64,000 bases of DNA, from the NCBI GenBank assembly GCA_040285855.1, contig JAUFOQ010000004.1, positions 1,178,001 through 1,242,000 on the forward strand. The letters are read 5' to 3'. The stretch is from Eukaryota sp. GEM-RC1. Taxonomy: Eukaryota. Made by a program: the position numbers and the translations under genes. Below are positions 39,445-51,975 of the stretch, piece after piece (the stretch's first letter is position 1; the number at the start of each line of letters is the position of its first letter). Below the pieces are notes generated by a model. The model ran no database searches. It was given only the letters and a program-made list of their open reading frames with translations, and was not told the origin of the DNA.

Positions 39445-39603
39445 GAGGTGTTTCAATTGCAGAGATTATAGTATAATTTATATTGTATTTATTGCAATAA
39501 ATATCTATTTATTTATTGTTCTGTGAGTTACCAACAATATATTTATTGTTGGTCGAAACAATAAACAATATATTTAAATACTGTAAATATTTTCACACCC
39601 CTG
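39445..39603. mobile_element. Solo/degraded hAT-like end (same terminus as at 53482)
   Basis: AT-rich ATTGCAAT/TATTTATTG repeats ending TTTTCACACCCCTG. Confidence 0.45.
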
Positions 39604-39788
39604 GATTATACTGTACTGAAATAAATTTGACTACTTGTACATTAAATCAACTGCATAGTTCACCATATTTTCAAAAAACTTACCGTTAATGCGAGAGTGT
39701 GGAGAAAATCACTGACCTCCGTCCTATACGACTGTATATTGACACAGCATCATAATCAACGATTCACTGAGTCAAAACTTTTGACACT

Positions 39789-40894
39789 ATGAATCTACTC
39801 GTTCTTTCAACGCTTCTTGTTCTTTCTTTTGCTGTTATACGTCTCCCCGTCAACAGGATTGAGCCCTCTAGAGAGTTCTACCGTCAATTGATTCGCCATC
39901 AAGCATCTTTGAACTCTAATGATTTGAAACCGATTCCCATCGATTCTTATGAAGGAGTCCAATACTGGGCCGACGTAGACATTGGTACTCCACCCCAGCA
40001 ATTCCGTTGTGTTCTTGGTATGTCAAATTCCTATTTCTAACTCCATATACTGGTAGCTCCAATCTTTGGGTTCCTAGTTCCAAATGCCATCAGGCTTCCT
40101 GCTTGATTCATAGAAGATATCACGCAGACAAGTCTGAAACCTACCAAAAGAACGGAACTTCCTTTGAAATTCAATACGGTTCTGGTGGAATCGAGGGATA
40201 TGTTTCTCTAGACACTGTTACCCTTGGTGATGTTTCTGTCACTAATTATCCATTCGGTGAAGTCACTAGAGAGAAAGGAATCTCATTCTTAGCTGGTCAT
40301 TTCGATGGAATTCTTGGACTTGCCTTCAAGACCATCTCCGTTCACCAAATCGAGCCCTGGTGGATCGAAGCCTACAAGCAGAAGCAAATGGAAGAGCCCG
40401 TTTTCACATGGTATCTACGTGAAGAAAACAGTGAAATCGTCTTGGGCGGTGAAATCCCTGAGTTTAGAACTGAACCATTCTTCTGGGTTCCTCTCAAGCA
40501 AGATTTGTGGTGGCTTATCAAGATTGATTCATTCTCTATGCCTGGTGAAACCTTCGTTATGGAAGCTGAAGGTATTGTTGATAGTGGTACCAGTCTTCTC
40601 ATTGGTCCTAAGAAAGTCATTGATAGAATTGCTTGGATTATTAGACCAAGATCAGATTGCTCCAATCTCCACGAACTCCCTCCCCTTACTTTTGTTATCA
40701 ATGGAAAGGACTTTGTCTTGACTCCTGAAGATTATGTCATGCAGATGGGTGGACAATGTCTCTTAGGTATGCAAGCCATGGAAATCCCTGGAAGAGAGAA
40801 CTTCTTTATTTTGGGTGATGTCTTTATGCGTAATCGTGCTATCAGTTTTGATGGTGGCAAGAAAAGAATCGGTTTTGCCCCATCCAAGCAATAG
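39789..40894 (+). CDS. Cathepsin D/pepsin-family (A1) aspartic protease; 2 exons
   Basis: Signal and propeptide, IGTPPQ.F, D|TGSSNLWV across the intron, IQYGSG, FDGILGL, IVDSGTS, and ILGDVF. Confidence 0.93.
40018..40046 (+). other. 29-nt intron with non-canonical GT-AT ends
   Basis: GTATGTCAAATTCCTATTTCTAACTCCAT. Only this junction rebuilds G|AT ACT GGT (DTG). Confidence 0.8.
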
Positions 40895-40933
40895 TTTCTA
40901 AATAAATGTATTGTACATTCTCTTTTACGTGGT

Positions 40934-41010
40934 TTCTCATCGCTGATGATCAACGTCCTTCCTACCTAGACTGTTAAACATGACTCTTCATATCCAAGAC
41001 TGATGAAGAA
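40934..41010 (+). ncRNA. Possible box C/D snoRNA
   Basis: TGATGA at 40944, CTGA at 41000, and an imperfect terminal stem TTCTCA/TGAAGAA. The guide ATCCAAGA is complementary to the conserved SSU rRNA UCUUGGAU (only 8 nt). Confidence 0.3.
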
Positions 41011-41456
41011 CACCAATCATCCTTGTTCTAATGAACATGAAAACAACAACAGAATCGTCCCCAAGTCGTAGTACATCCAACGAGTCATATAAACCAATCA
41101 CAAATGGACGAAATTCCCAAAAAGATTGGATTTCTAACGATGACATTGACGTTGCTGTTTTAGATAAAGGTTTTGAACCCTTTCATCTGTGAATACTGTA
41201 TATTATAACACCAATTGACATCGGTATGGGCAAAATAAAATGTTATGTACCAACCAAACATCGGCGCAATGCTGTCAACTATGGCTTAAACTGTTTTCCG
41301 TTTTAGTTTTGATATAAAAGTGTTCTCAGATCAGTTTTTATCAGCTACTCATTTCAAACTTAACTGTAATCAGATTGATGATTTGGTGACTCATCGTTAA
41401 ACATTGAATCTCCAAATTCAAAGAACATTCAAGTAAACTAACGTTTAGTACCAAAC

Positions 41457-42915
41457 TTACTGACGAAGATCAACGTTTTCTCTTTTTTCAGTAACCATTT
41501 TAATGTTGATGAGTTGCTTAATGGTAACGTTTTCAGAGACGGAGTTACCACCATAGGTTCCACAACCCAAAAGTAAGACTGGGTTCAAGACGGAAGTTGT
41601 AGATATCACCAATGGCACCTTGAGAAGCAGGTTGATTGATGAGAATACGTCCAGCCATCATACGTGTTCCAAAAGCTTCAACACGGCTGAAATCATCAGG
41701 GTTGGTGTACAAGCAAGCAGTATGACCTGAACCTCCGAATTTAACAAGAGCTTCAGCCTTGTCTAAAGCTTCTTCAAAGGTAGAAGCCTTGTAGAATCCA
41801 AGAACTGGGGAGAGCTTTTCATAAGAGAAAGGTTCTTCAGGACCAACGACATCAGCAGCTCCAATAAGTACTTTACAGTGTTCAGGAACTTCAAAACCAG
41901 CTAATTGAGCAATCTGATAGGCAGTTTGTCCAACAATATCAGCATTAAGACGATAGTTCTGAATCATTGTACCAGCAAGCTTAACACGTTCTTCATCGTT
42001 ACAGAAATGACATCCTGCTTCAATAAAGGTCTGCTTGACTTGTTCATAAACACTGTCCACAACAATGACGGATTGTTCAGAAGCACATATCACACCATTA
42101 TCAAAAGTCTTGGAAAGCAAAACAGAGTAAACAGCCATTTTGATGTCAGCTGATTCGTCAATGACAACAGGTGTGTTACCAGCACCCACACCGATGGCAG
42201 GTTTACCACTAGAATAAGCAGCCTTAACCATTCCTGGACCACCAGTAGCCAAAATGATATGAGTACCCTTATGTTCCATAAGAGCCTTGGATAATTGAAG
42301 GGTGGGATTAGAAATCCAACTGACGATACTGCGAGGGGCTCCGGCAGCAACAGCGGCTTCATGAACAACACGACAAGCTGCGACTGTAGATTCCTTGGCA
42401 CGGGGATGAGGGCAGAAGACAATAGCATTACGTGTTTTCAAAGCAAGAAGAGACTTGAAGATGGCTGTAGCAGTGGGGTTTGTGGTGGGACTTTAGTTAA
42501 TAAGATGATAATAACATACGTTACACCAGCGATAGTACCCACTGGGGCAGCAATCTTGATGATGCCACTAGCAACATCGCGTTCAATTACTCCACAAGTT
42601 TTAGAGTTCTTGTAAGCGTTGTAGATCATTTCTGCGGCAAAGTGGTTCTTGATAACCTTGTCTTCAACAAGACCCATTCGAGTTTCGGTAGCTGCGAATT
42701 TCGCAAGAGGGATTCGTGCAGCAGCAGCAGCCTTAGAAGCTTCTCTAAAGATATTGTCAACTTGTTCCTGAGAGAAAGTGGCGAACTTTTGTTGAGCAGC
42801 ATTAGTGTGTTGGATCTTAAGTCAGAATGGTCAGATTTCAAACCAAGCGATCCAAGTCTTCGGTCGATTGAACATCGATTTCAGCTTGATGAGGTTGGGG
42901 AAGAACATAAGACAT
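41457..42915 (-). CDS. ALDH-only AdhE paralogue (CoA-acylating acetaldehyde dehydrogenase domain); introns 42816-42843 and 42491-42519; extra T at ~41570
   Basis: Close paralogue of the N-terminal half of the neighbouring adhE. It ends ...KQLINIKMVTEKRENVDLRQ* once a T-run indel is corrected. Confidence 0.8.
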
Positions 42916-44034
42916 GCTTTCAGTAGTGTTTCAGAAAATGAGAGATCAAAAAGCGACATGACATGTTCAAAAATGCAAACTCTACAGTTGGTTGCAATTC
43001 ATTGGATTTCATACTTGGAACACTTCACGAGGCACATTACTCTTTCGTTCTGATAAGGAATGCATTAAACAGTGATGGGCGCTCGACTCGAATAAACAGA
43101 ACAGTAAAATGGCTTCAATCCAGATGATGGTCATCTACGAGCAACTGTCACGTTTGTTGAGATTATCAACTGGTCTAAAATAATACATGAAGTTGGTGAG
43201 AATCAACTAAACTGGCATTAGCAAATTTATAAAAAACTGCTATTATTGGATAAGATAAGTTGGAATTATCTTACTGTATAATGAAGTACAAACATGTAAA
43301 GTATGTTAACATTTTTAACTTCCTTTGGTATATTGTGTTTTGAGTACGGTAATGTTTTCCATGAAAATTTTTGGTTGATGTTTCGTTCAATGTACAGACA
43401 TTTTAATTCAATTTTAGGTATGTTGTTTGGTGACGAACAGAAGGATCGTAGTTTAGATACTTTAGTTACATGTAGTGCATGTTAGTTACAATTTTTTTGC
43501 ATTTGTTTCACTGATTGATCATAAACCCGGTTTATTAGTAGTAAAATTAACAATACAGTATTTTTGTTTATTCTGTAACGCAAAAGGCCATCAACACGCT
43601 TTATACTGTGCGTTGTATTGACTAGAAAACCAGTTCTGTGTACAGTTGTATAGCAAATGTATATAGTACAAATGGCTTGTACACTCACAAATGATAATTA
43701 GATCAGATCTCAATTATGAGAGATGATAGTAACTGCGATTTGATTGGCCTTTGGTTGCTGTCTCAAGAAACAATCGGAAGAGAACTCAAAACCAAGTATT
43801 TCAAACTATTAATAGGCATTCAACTCTTTTATCAATAGAGAACATATTCTATGCAACTTACACACAGGAGCCGTAAGAGTACTTCAAAGGTCATAAATAC
43901 AGATGACGATGGATCACAGATGATCAACACAGTTTTTGATTACCGTGCATCGTCTTCACACTAGATGATGTAGACGATTCGGTATCTTCCTTGCTAGTAT
44001 TCTAATAATCAAGTACATGTACAATGGATTGTAC

Positions 44035-44141
44035 CAATGTGCGCAAAACTTTGGTACGTACCGTAAAGAACAGTACCGGTACCTGTACCGTACGTACGGT
44101 ACGCCTAAAATCGCCCCGGTACGGAACATTTGCGTTCCATG
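44035..44141. mobile_element. hAT-type mini-MITE, 107 bp
   Basis: 8-bp TSD GATTGTAC on both sides; imperfect TIR CAATGTGCGCAAA / TTTGCGTTCCATG; GTACCG/GTACG repeats. Confidence 0.75.
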
Positions 44142-44290
44142 GATTGTACATGTGTAAATCAAAGCCGTTGTATATTCCTCTCAATAACACGGCTAGGAGG
44201 TGTTTTGACAACAAAAATAAACATGATCTCATCATAATTATGGACAAAACAGCAAAAAGATTCATGGAATAATATTTATAAGAGAAAGAA

Positions 44291-46978
44291 CTAGACTAAA
44301 GATTTACGGTTTCCATAATAGGCGTCAATCAAAATTTGTTTTAAATCGCCAATCAATGGATAACGAGGGTTGGTTCCTGTACACTGATCATCAAATGCAT
44401 GTTCAGCCAACATCTCAACCTTGGCCAAGAAAACATCTTCCTTGATACCAAAGTCCTTGATAGAACTGGGGATACCGACCTTTTCTCTAAGCTCTTCAAC
44501 AAGTTGGACAAGTTTTTCCACCTTCTCAATCTTGCTGTCACCAGTGATTTCTAAAGAATTGGCCATTTTGGCGTACTTTTCAATAGCCTTGGGGTATCTG
44601 TATTGGGAAAAGATTGCCATCTTTTGAGGAACATCAGTAGCGTTAAAGACCATAACATGAGGTAAAATCAAAGCATTGGCAATTCCATGAGGAATGTTGA
44701 AGTTGGATCCAACCTTATGAGCGATAGAGTGACAAATACCAAGGAAAGCATTGGTGAAAGCCATTCCAGCCATAGTAGCAGCATGATGCATAGCATCTCT
44801 TGCTGCAGGGTTCTTAGCTCCTTCCAAAACTGAAGGAACAAGGTTCTTGACAACTAATTGAGTAGCTCCAATAGCTAAGGAATCAGTATATTCAGAGGCA
44901 GTGGTACCAACATAACACTCAATAGCATGAACAAGAGCATCAATACCAGAAGCAGCGGCTAAACCTTTAGGCATGGACATAACAAAGTCAGAATCGATAA
45001 TGGCCATATCGGGGACAAGAGAGTAATCAGCAATGGGGTACTTAACACCAGTTTCAGCATCAGTGATGACACTGAAAGCAGTAACTTCAGATCCAGTTCC
45101 ACTGGTAGTGGGGATAGCAATGAAGTAGGATTTGTGAACGGAGGGGAATTCAACAATTCTCTTTCTGATATCCATGAAGCGGAGAGCCAAATCTTCAAAT
45201 CGGAGTTCGGGATGTTCATAGAGGAGCCAGATAACTTTACCGGCATCAATGGCAGAACCACCACCAAGAGCAATGTAGACATCAGGCTTGAAGGTACGAG
45301 CTCTGGCGAGACCCTTGTTGACAGTGATTGTTGAAGGATCAGGTTCGACATCAAAGAAAGTTTCAACGTCAATACCCAACTTGGTCAACATAGCTTCAAT
45401 GCGATCAGCATATCCTAGCTCATAAAGAGGCTTGTCAGTGATGATCATACATCTTTGCTTTCCCTTGAGTTCTTGGAGAGCGACTTCGGTGGAGTTTCTT
45501 TTGAAATAGATTTTAGGAGGGACACGATACCAGAGCATGTTTTCTCTTCTTTCAGTAACAGTTTTGATGTTAATGAGTTGCTTAATGGTAACGTTTTCAG
45601 AGACGGAGTTACCACCATAGGTTCCACAACCCAAAGTAAGACTGGGTTCAAGACGGAAGTTGTAGATATCACCAATGGCACCTTGAGAAGCAGGTTGATT
45701 GATGAGAATACGTCCAGCCATCATACGTGTTCCAAAAGCTTCAACACGGCTGAAATCATCAGGGTTGGTGTACAAGCAAGCAGTATGACCTGAACCTCCG
45801 AATTTAACAAGAGCTTCAGCCTTGTCTAAAGCAGATTCAAAGGTAGAAGCCTTGTAGAATCCAAGAACTGGGGAGAGCTTTTCATAAGAGAAAGGTTCTT
45901 CGGGACCGATAACATCAGCAGCTCCAATAAGTACCTTGCAGTGTTGAGGAACTTCAAAACCAGCTAATTGAGCAATTTGATAGGCAGTTTGTCCAACAAC
46001 GTTGGCATTAAGGTGACCGTCTTTGATGATAGTACCAGCAAGCTTAACACGTTCTTCATCGTTACAGAAATGACATCCTGCTTCAACAAAGGTCTCTTTG
46101 ACTTGTTCATAAACACTATCCACAACAATGACGGATTGTTCAGAAGCACAAATCACACCATTATCAAAAGTCTTGGAAAGCAAAACAGAGTAAACAGCCA
46201 TTTTGATGTCAGCTGATTCGTCAATGATAACGGGAGTGTTACCAGCACCCACACCGATGGCAGGTTTACCACTGGAATAAGCAGCCTTAACCATTCCTGG
46301 ACCACCAGTAGCCAAAATAATATGAGTACCTTTGTGTTCCATGAGAGCCTTGGATAATAGAAGAGAGGGGTTAGCAATCCATCCAATGACACCACGAGGA
46401 GCTCCGGCAGCAACAGCAGCTTCATGAACAACACGACAAGCTGCAACTGTAGATTCCTTGGCACGGGGATGAGGGCAGAAGACAATAGCATTACGTGTTT
46501 TCAAAGCAAGAAGAGACTTGAAGATGGCTGTAGCAGTGGGGTTTGTGGTGGGACTTTAGTTAATAAGATGATAATAACATACGTTACACCAGCGATAGTT
46601 CCAACGGGTTCAGCAATCTTGATGATACCACTGGCGACATCACGTTCAATAATTCCACAAGTTTTAGAGTTCTTGTAAGCGTTGTAGATCATTTCTGCGG
46701 CAAAGTGGTTCTTGATAACCTTGTCTTCAACAAGACCCATTCGAGTTTCAGTAGCTGCGAATTTTGCGAGAGGGATTCGTGCAGCAGCAGCAGCCTTAGA
46801 AGCTTCTCTAAAGATATTGTCAACTTGCTCCTGAGAAAAGGTGGCGAACTTTTGTTGAGCAGCATTGGTGAATTCGATCTTAAGTCAGGACTATAAGATC
46901 ACAAACCAGACGATCTAAGTCTTCAATCGATTGAACATCGATCTCAGCTTGATGAGGTTGGGGAAGAATGTCAGACAT
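44291..46978 (-). CDS. adhE: Bifunctional aldehyde/alcohol dehydrogenase AdhE; 3 exons
   Basis: MGLVEDKVIKNHFA, PTTNPT, ATGGPGMV, FDNGVICASEQ, EKLSP, LGCGTYGGNS, ALGGGS, PTTSGTGSEVT, GICHSIAHK, and DQCTGTNPR. Introns 46879-46906 and 46554-46582. Confidence 0.96.
46554..46582 (-). other. Spliceosomal intron, 29 nt
   Basis: GTATGTTATTATCATCTTATTAACTAAAG. Removal restores AGVT|PTTNPT. Confidence 0.93.
46879..46906 (-). other. Spliceosomal intron, 28 nt
   Basis: GTTTGTGATCTTATAGTCCTGACTTAAG. Removal restores EDLDRL|IEFTNAAQQKF. Confidence 0.9.
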
Positions 46979-47492
46979 GTGAAACAAATAATGTCCAACA
47001 GGTTTGTTTCGAAGTTCAATCAAAGGGTCAAAACTTGCATTTCAAAGATCAAAAATTTCCTAATTTAAGATCAGAAACCAATTCAGCAGCTTTGGACGTC
47101 AAATATTACTTGAAAGTGTGTCTGATTTGATACAGTAAGCTCTCTTGTATGTGTGTTTCACAGGAAATATAGTTTGGTCACCATTAAAGACTTCAATTTA
47201 TCTCAAATTTGTTGAAAACACACGATTTGCCTTCTTAAAATGAGAAAATGTAATTGAGTTTATTTTGTTACAGCAAAGTGAATTGATCAAGAACAAACGC
47301 TGACTTAATATTGATAAAACTTTAAGGTTCGAGGATACCTACCTAGACGAACCCTCGTTTATGAACTCTATAGTTTCGGAAGAAAAACCAAGGGTGTATT
47401 TCAAGTTTTAAACGATTCTTCAAAGGTTCTATAAATAATAGCCTTCTGTTGCGTCTTGTTTCTTTGAGGAAACACCTGTTTTTGGACTTTCT

Positions 47493-49831
47493 ATGCCTTC
47501 AACTCCTGAACCTGTTCAATCTATAGTATCTTCAGAACCTTCTGTCAAGCGATCGAAGTCATCTTCTTCAGATACATCACCCTTTTCGCTACCTCCTCAT
47601 CTTCCTGTTCCTAGCAATATCTCATTGAATGCGACCTTCTCGTCTCTTCTCAAGCCTCTTTCTCTCAAAAATTCAATAAGAGAACCACAGGGTTCATCAC
47701 ATCTCTCAATATTGAATTCCAATCTGGGATCATTGAGTTTATTCATCAACTGTTGACCTCTCTTTCTCAATGTATCGCCACTTATTCCCTCGAATCGACT
47801 GATGTAATCCCACTTCTTCACATTCTCCCTTCATTTATGGTTCAAAACCCAATTGGATCCGCCTATGTAACCTATTTCGTTGCCAACCACGCTACCACCA
47901 CCAACAGCTCTCCTCTGAATCCTTCTTCTCCACCACTCTCTATTCTTCTTAAATCTCATTCATGTACAACCTCCCATCCCTCCCTCCATAACTCCTGTAT
48001 CATGGCTTCATACAATACTCTAGTTGCCATCTATCTTTCTCCCAATAGGTCCACTTCAACTGTTCATCTATTAGCCACTCTTCTCTCGACATCTGCTTCT
48101 TCTACTTCCATTTCTAACTTCTTCCATCATTTATCTCTCTATCCTGAACATACTCTTCCTCTAGTTCTCGATCTCTCTCTATCATCTCATCAGTACACCT
48201 ACCAACCTTTCTTCTACTCTGAACTGACTTCCTTCGTCCTCTCCTTTGCTTCTACCTCCTCTCTCTCCATGTTTCTCTCTTCAATCTCTCACTTCTCCAC
48301 CCTTCCGTGTCTATTTAAGCTTTCGGATTCCCTTGTAGCCTCCAATTTAACCACAGTTCTATCTTTACGAAAGCAATTAAGATCGTTCTCAGCTCCATGG
48401 AAGGAAGTTTCGCTGTTTTTATATAATTCTTTTGTTAAAAAGATTGTTTTGCTTTTAGTACCTGAGTTTCATGGAATTGAGGAGTATGTCTATAGTTTTG
48501 GTTTTATATTTGGATTTGATCAATCTTTACTTGAGAAGGGATCATCAGATCAGATCAATTCACCTGATTTTGAGCTAGTTTCTGTTGGATTGTATTCTTT
48601 CTTTATCTGGTTTTTCTCAATTAAAAATTTCAATATTACCAAATTTTCAAAAGTTCTTGATTCCGTCTCCCTTTCAGCAAGTCAAGTGATTTGCGCTGTA
48701 CTAGCGTGCTTCCTTGGTCTTATTCAAGAATTTGACTTGAACTCCTATGTCTCAGTTCCAGTTCTTGAGTTAATTTCCCAGTTTTCCCTATCAAAGTCCA
48801 ATGGGCTAATCAGTCTTTTGTACTTACCTTGTAGATTCTTTACTAACGTTCCTTTGTTTCCCACCGCCAATGTCGTACAATCTGTCATGCATTTTCTAAC
48901 ACCAGCACCTGTTAAACCAAGATCTATTAATGTCGTTTCATTTGTGAAGTTGATTCTATCGTCATTGAATTTTACTCCAAAGTTGAGTTTTTTAATATTA
49001 AACCCTTCTGGTTTGTTACATTCTTCATGTCATTATGTGTTTTTGAACTGTTTACAGGCTTTGGACTTGACAGTTTCGAGAGTAAGTCATCACTCTGAAT
49101 TGAGTCAATTAGTATCAACTGACTTCTTAAGAATTCTTTTTGACTTGGGTTTAAAAGTTGGATTGGAATCATGTTCTGATGTTTTGACTTCAATTGTGAC
49201 CAACTTCTTAAAATCATCTTTTGCAGATCAATTTATTGAAATATTTGTTGAATTTGGTCAGTTTTCGGCTCTTTTTTCTCATTTAGTTAATACTTGTTCT
49301 GAGGAGCTTCTTCTGAAGTTTAGTGTTTCACAAGTGTTGGTGCCACAACTATACCTACATGTTTTTAATTTATGTTCATCCTCAGCTGAAATTCCTTCTG
49401 TTTTTAACTCTGTTTTATTAACAGATCAGTTTGTCAATTATTGTCTTACCAATTCAAAAACTGTTACTAATACCAATTTTCTCATCTTTATTGGAAAATT
49501 ATTGTCAAATATGCAACAAAACAGTAGATTCATGGACCTCTATCTATCTCTACTAGAGTCTTTGATTATTGGCACTGAATTTAATCAACATAATGGGGAT
49601 CTTTTTGCTACTCTTTTGATTGAACTTTCTAAAAATGAGTCATTTATGACGAAAATCAAATCGTTGATTGTTTTGATCTGTAAACGTCATCCTGCAGTTG
49701 TTATGACGATATCATCCAAATTAAGTGATCCTGATCATCCTTTTAGAGAAGTTATTTTAAATTTGCAAAATTCTATTCCAATTTATGTGAGGAGCAACAA
49801 TTTGAAAAGAAAGACCAAAAATTCTCACTGA
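47493..49831 (+). CDS. Hypothetical alpha-helical Ser/Leu-rich protein; frameshift at ~47610
   Basis: 692-aa ORF plus an upstream ATG segment in another frame. No family recognised. Confidence 0.6.
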
Positions 49832-50318
49832 AGTAGAAGAATTTCGATAGTTTTAAAAATCGCAAATTGAAGTTCTTTGACTTGAACATTTTCTTCATGT
49901 TCAGTTGAAAAACTTTTCATATGGTCGTCCCTACTGTCTTTTTGGTAGTTCTTCAGCTAGGTGCTGTAGATTTATGTGAGTCCTGGTAACCTGAAACGAT
50001 TTCAGTTTTGAATTTGTTGCGGATCCAGTTAATTAGTGGCTTCTACTGTCCTAGTAGTTTATTTAATGTTTATTATATAGTTTGAAAAATTAATGACGGC
50101 TAATTGACTGTAATAGCATCTTTGTTTCATAAATAAATAGCACTTTGTCGTGTTCTTCTGAATGACTTCAAGGCAAATAACAAGAGTCAAAAATAATAGT
50201 ACAATACTACATGTAGCATGTGAAAGTTATCCAAAAATGGAAGAACATCATCAAAAACCTGAGATATGTGCTATCCGTTTTTGGTTGAGACAATCTGACT
50301 ACTGCTAGTGGTAGTACT

Positions 50319-51030
50319 CAGTGATGTACAAAATAGTAGCCGTAAATACGGTAACATTTCAAGTTTGCCGTAAATTATTTCCGTATTTTTACAGTTGCGG
50401 TAGTTTACGGCAAGTTTGAAACGAAGTGAGAATACGCGAAATACGGAAAAATATTTTTATAATTGAAAATCCAAAACTAAGAGCAAATAAAGATCAAAAC
50501 CATGATCCACCACTAATCAGAATGGGTATGTTAATATTCTTCTGAATGACCTGCATGCAGAACGGTGTCAACAGTGTCCAGCAGTTTCTACTGTAGAGAA
50601 GGAAAAGTTTGATGTCTTAAAGGTGTCCACTTCAAACGATGACGATGATCAACATAATACGGTTTTTCAAGTTGTCGCAGCAGGAGTATCACATTTGATT
50701 ATTAAAAACAATAAGATTGCACCAGCTTCTAAGTATTTCAGCTCTTGTCATGTATCCGACCCAGTCAATTCTCTTCTTTCAAGTACTAGGGAGACATAGA
50801 ATGGCTCAGTTGTTACAGAACTCAAGAAAATGATCAAGAATGCTTTGATGTTTCGATTTACGGGGTATACAAAAGAGTATTTTATATTCTCACTACGGTG
50901 ACAGTTGCCGTAAATAATTTCCGTTCTTTGACAGTTACCGTATTTTACGAATACCGAGTACAGTGCCGTACCGTATTTTACGGTAGTATACGGCAAATAG
51001 TGTACGGTACGCTATTTTTGTACAACACTA
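50319..51030. mobile_element. hAT-type non-autonomous element, 712 bp
   Basis: TIR CAGTGATGTACAAAATAG / CTATTTTTGTACAACACTA; TSD GTAGTACT/CTAGTACT; TACGG/CCGTA subterminal arrays at both ends. Confidence 0.85.
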
Positions 51031-51244
51031 CTAGTACTATAGTAGTTGTAGGATTATGGTGAAATTGTTTTAGTTGTTCTGTCTATTTATCATTTCATGC
51101 CTTACAAAGTCTGACGGATGTCTACCTATTCATATTGTAGATGAACATGTTAGAGGAGTTTTGAAGAGAGCTTCAACAAATTTTTTCTCTCTCCCAGTGA
51201 TCTAACCGGATCACTATTATTTGACATTTTTAAGCTATTAGCTG

Positions 51245-51649
51245 ATGTCTACCAATTGTATCTTCTGCAAAATAATCCGTGGTGAAATTCCATGTGAAAA
51301 GGTTTATGAAAGCACACGATCCCTTGCTTTTATGGATGTAAGTCCTCTTTCTCTGGGACACATACTTGTCATCCCAAAAACACATGCCCGATTCTATCAT
51401 GAACTTGATGCTGATGATGCAGCTGACCTAGCAATAGTTGTCAACAAAATCACAAAGGTTATGGATTCTACATCGTACAACATTCTCCAGAATAATGGTC
51501 GTCAGGCTCATCAATTTGTCGACCATGTTCATATGCATATCATCCCCAAAACTGATGATACAGGGCTTGGTATATCGTGGACATCAGCTGACATTTCTAA
51601 GGAACAAATCTCTAATTTGGCGAGTTCCTTACGTTCCAAGCTTGAATAG
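51245..51649 (+). CDS. HIT-family nucleotide hydrolase (Hint/Hnt1)
   Basis: CIFCKII.GEIP, AF.D..P...GH.LVIPK.H, and QNNG..AHQ.V.HVHMHIIP. Confidence 0.93.
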   Translation: MSTNCIFCKIIRGEIPCEKVYESTRSLAFMDVSPLSLGHILVIPKTHARFYHELDADDAADLAIVVNKITKVMDSTSYNILQNNGRQAHQFVDHVHMHIIPKTDDTGLGISWTSADISKEQISNLASSLRSKLE

Positions 51650-51975
51650 CAGTTCTTCAACACGTACCTCATGTATAAATGATCGTTTTCAGTTTTAATG
51701 TTCTTGTCTTCATCCCAAGTATCCCTAACAAGTATCCATGGTTGTCTCGTGTTGCAGATGTTTGCCTAGAAACTTTCCACGTTGTACATGTAGTGTGATT
51801 GGCACACTCATATATACATATCAACTACTAGTACATATGGTATGTACTCAATTCATCTATTTGACTATGGTTAAGAATATAGGAATACATGTAGTTATAA
51901 CATACGATAGACAACATCTGAACATAATGCACAACCTGTTATCTAACACGATTTTGTGCATATTGTATCACTACT

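Noticed and set aside
41437..41460. 23-nt intron or trans-splicing donor at the end of the ALDH-only gene
   Set aside because: Shorter than all supported introns, branch spacing does not fit, and the downstream frame is not AdhE-like. No partner exon is evident.
44353..46896. Many antisense and alternate-frame ORFs over adhE and other genes
   Set aside because: Shadow ORFs caused by codon bias of the real genes.
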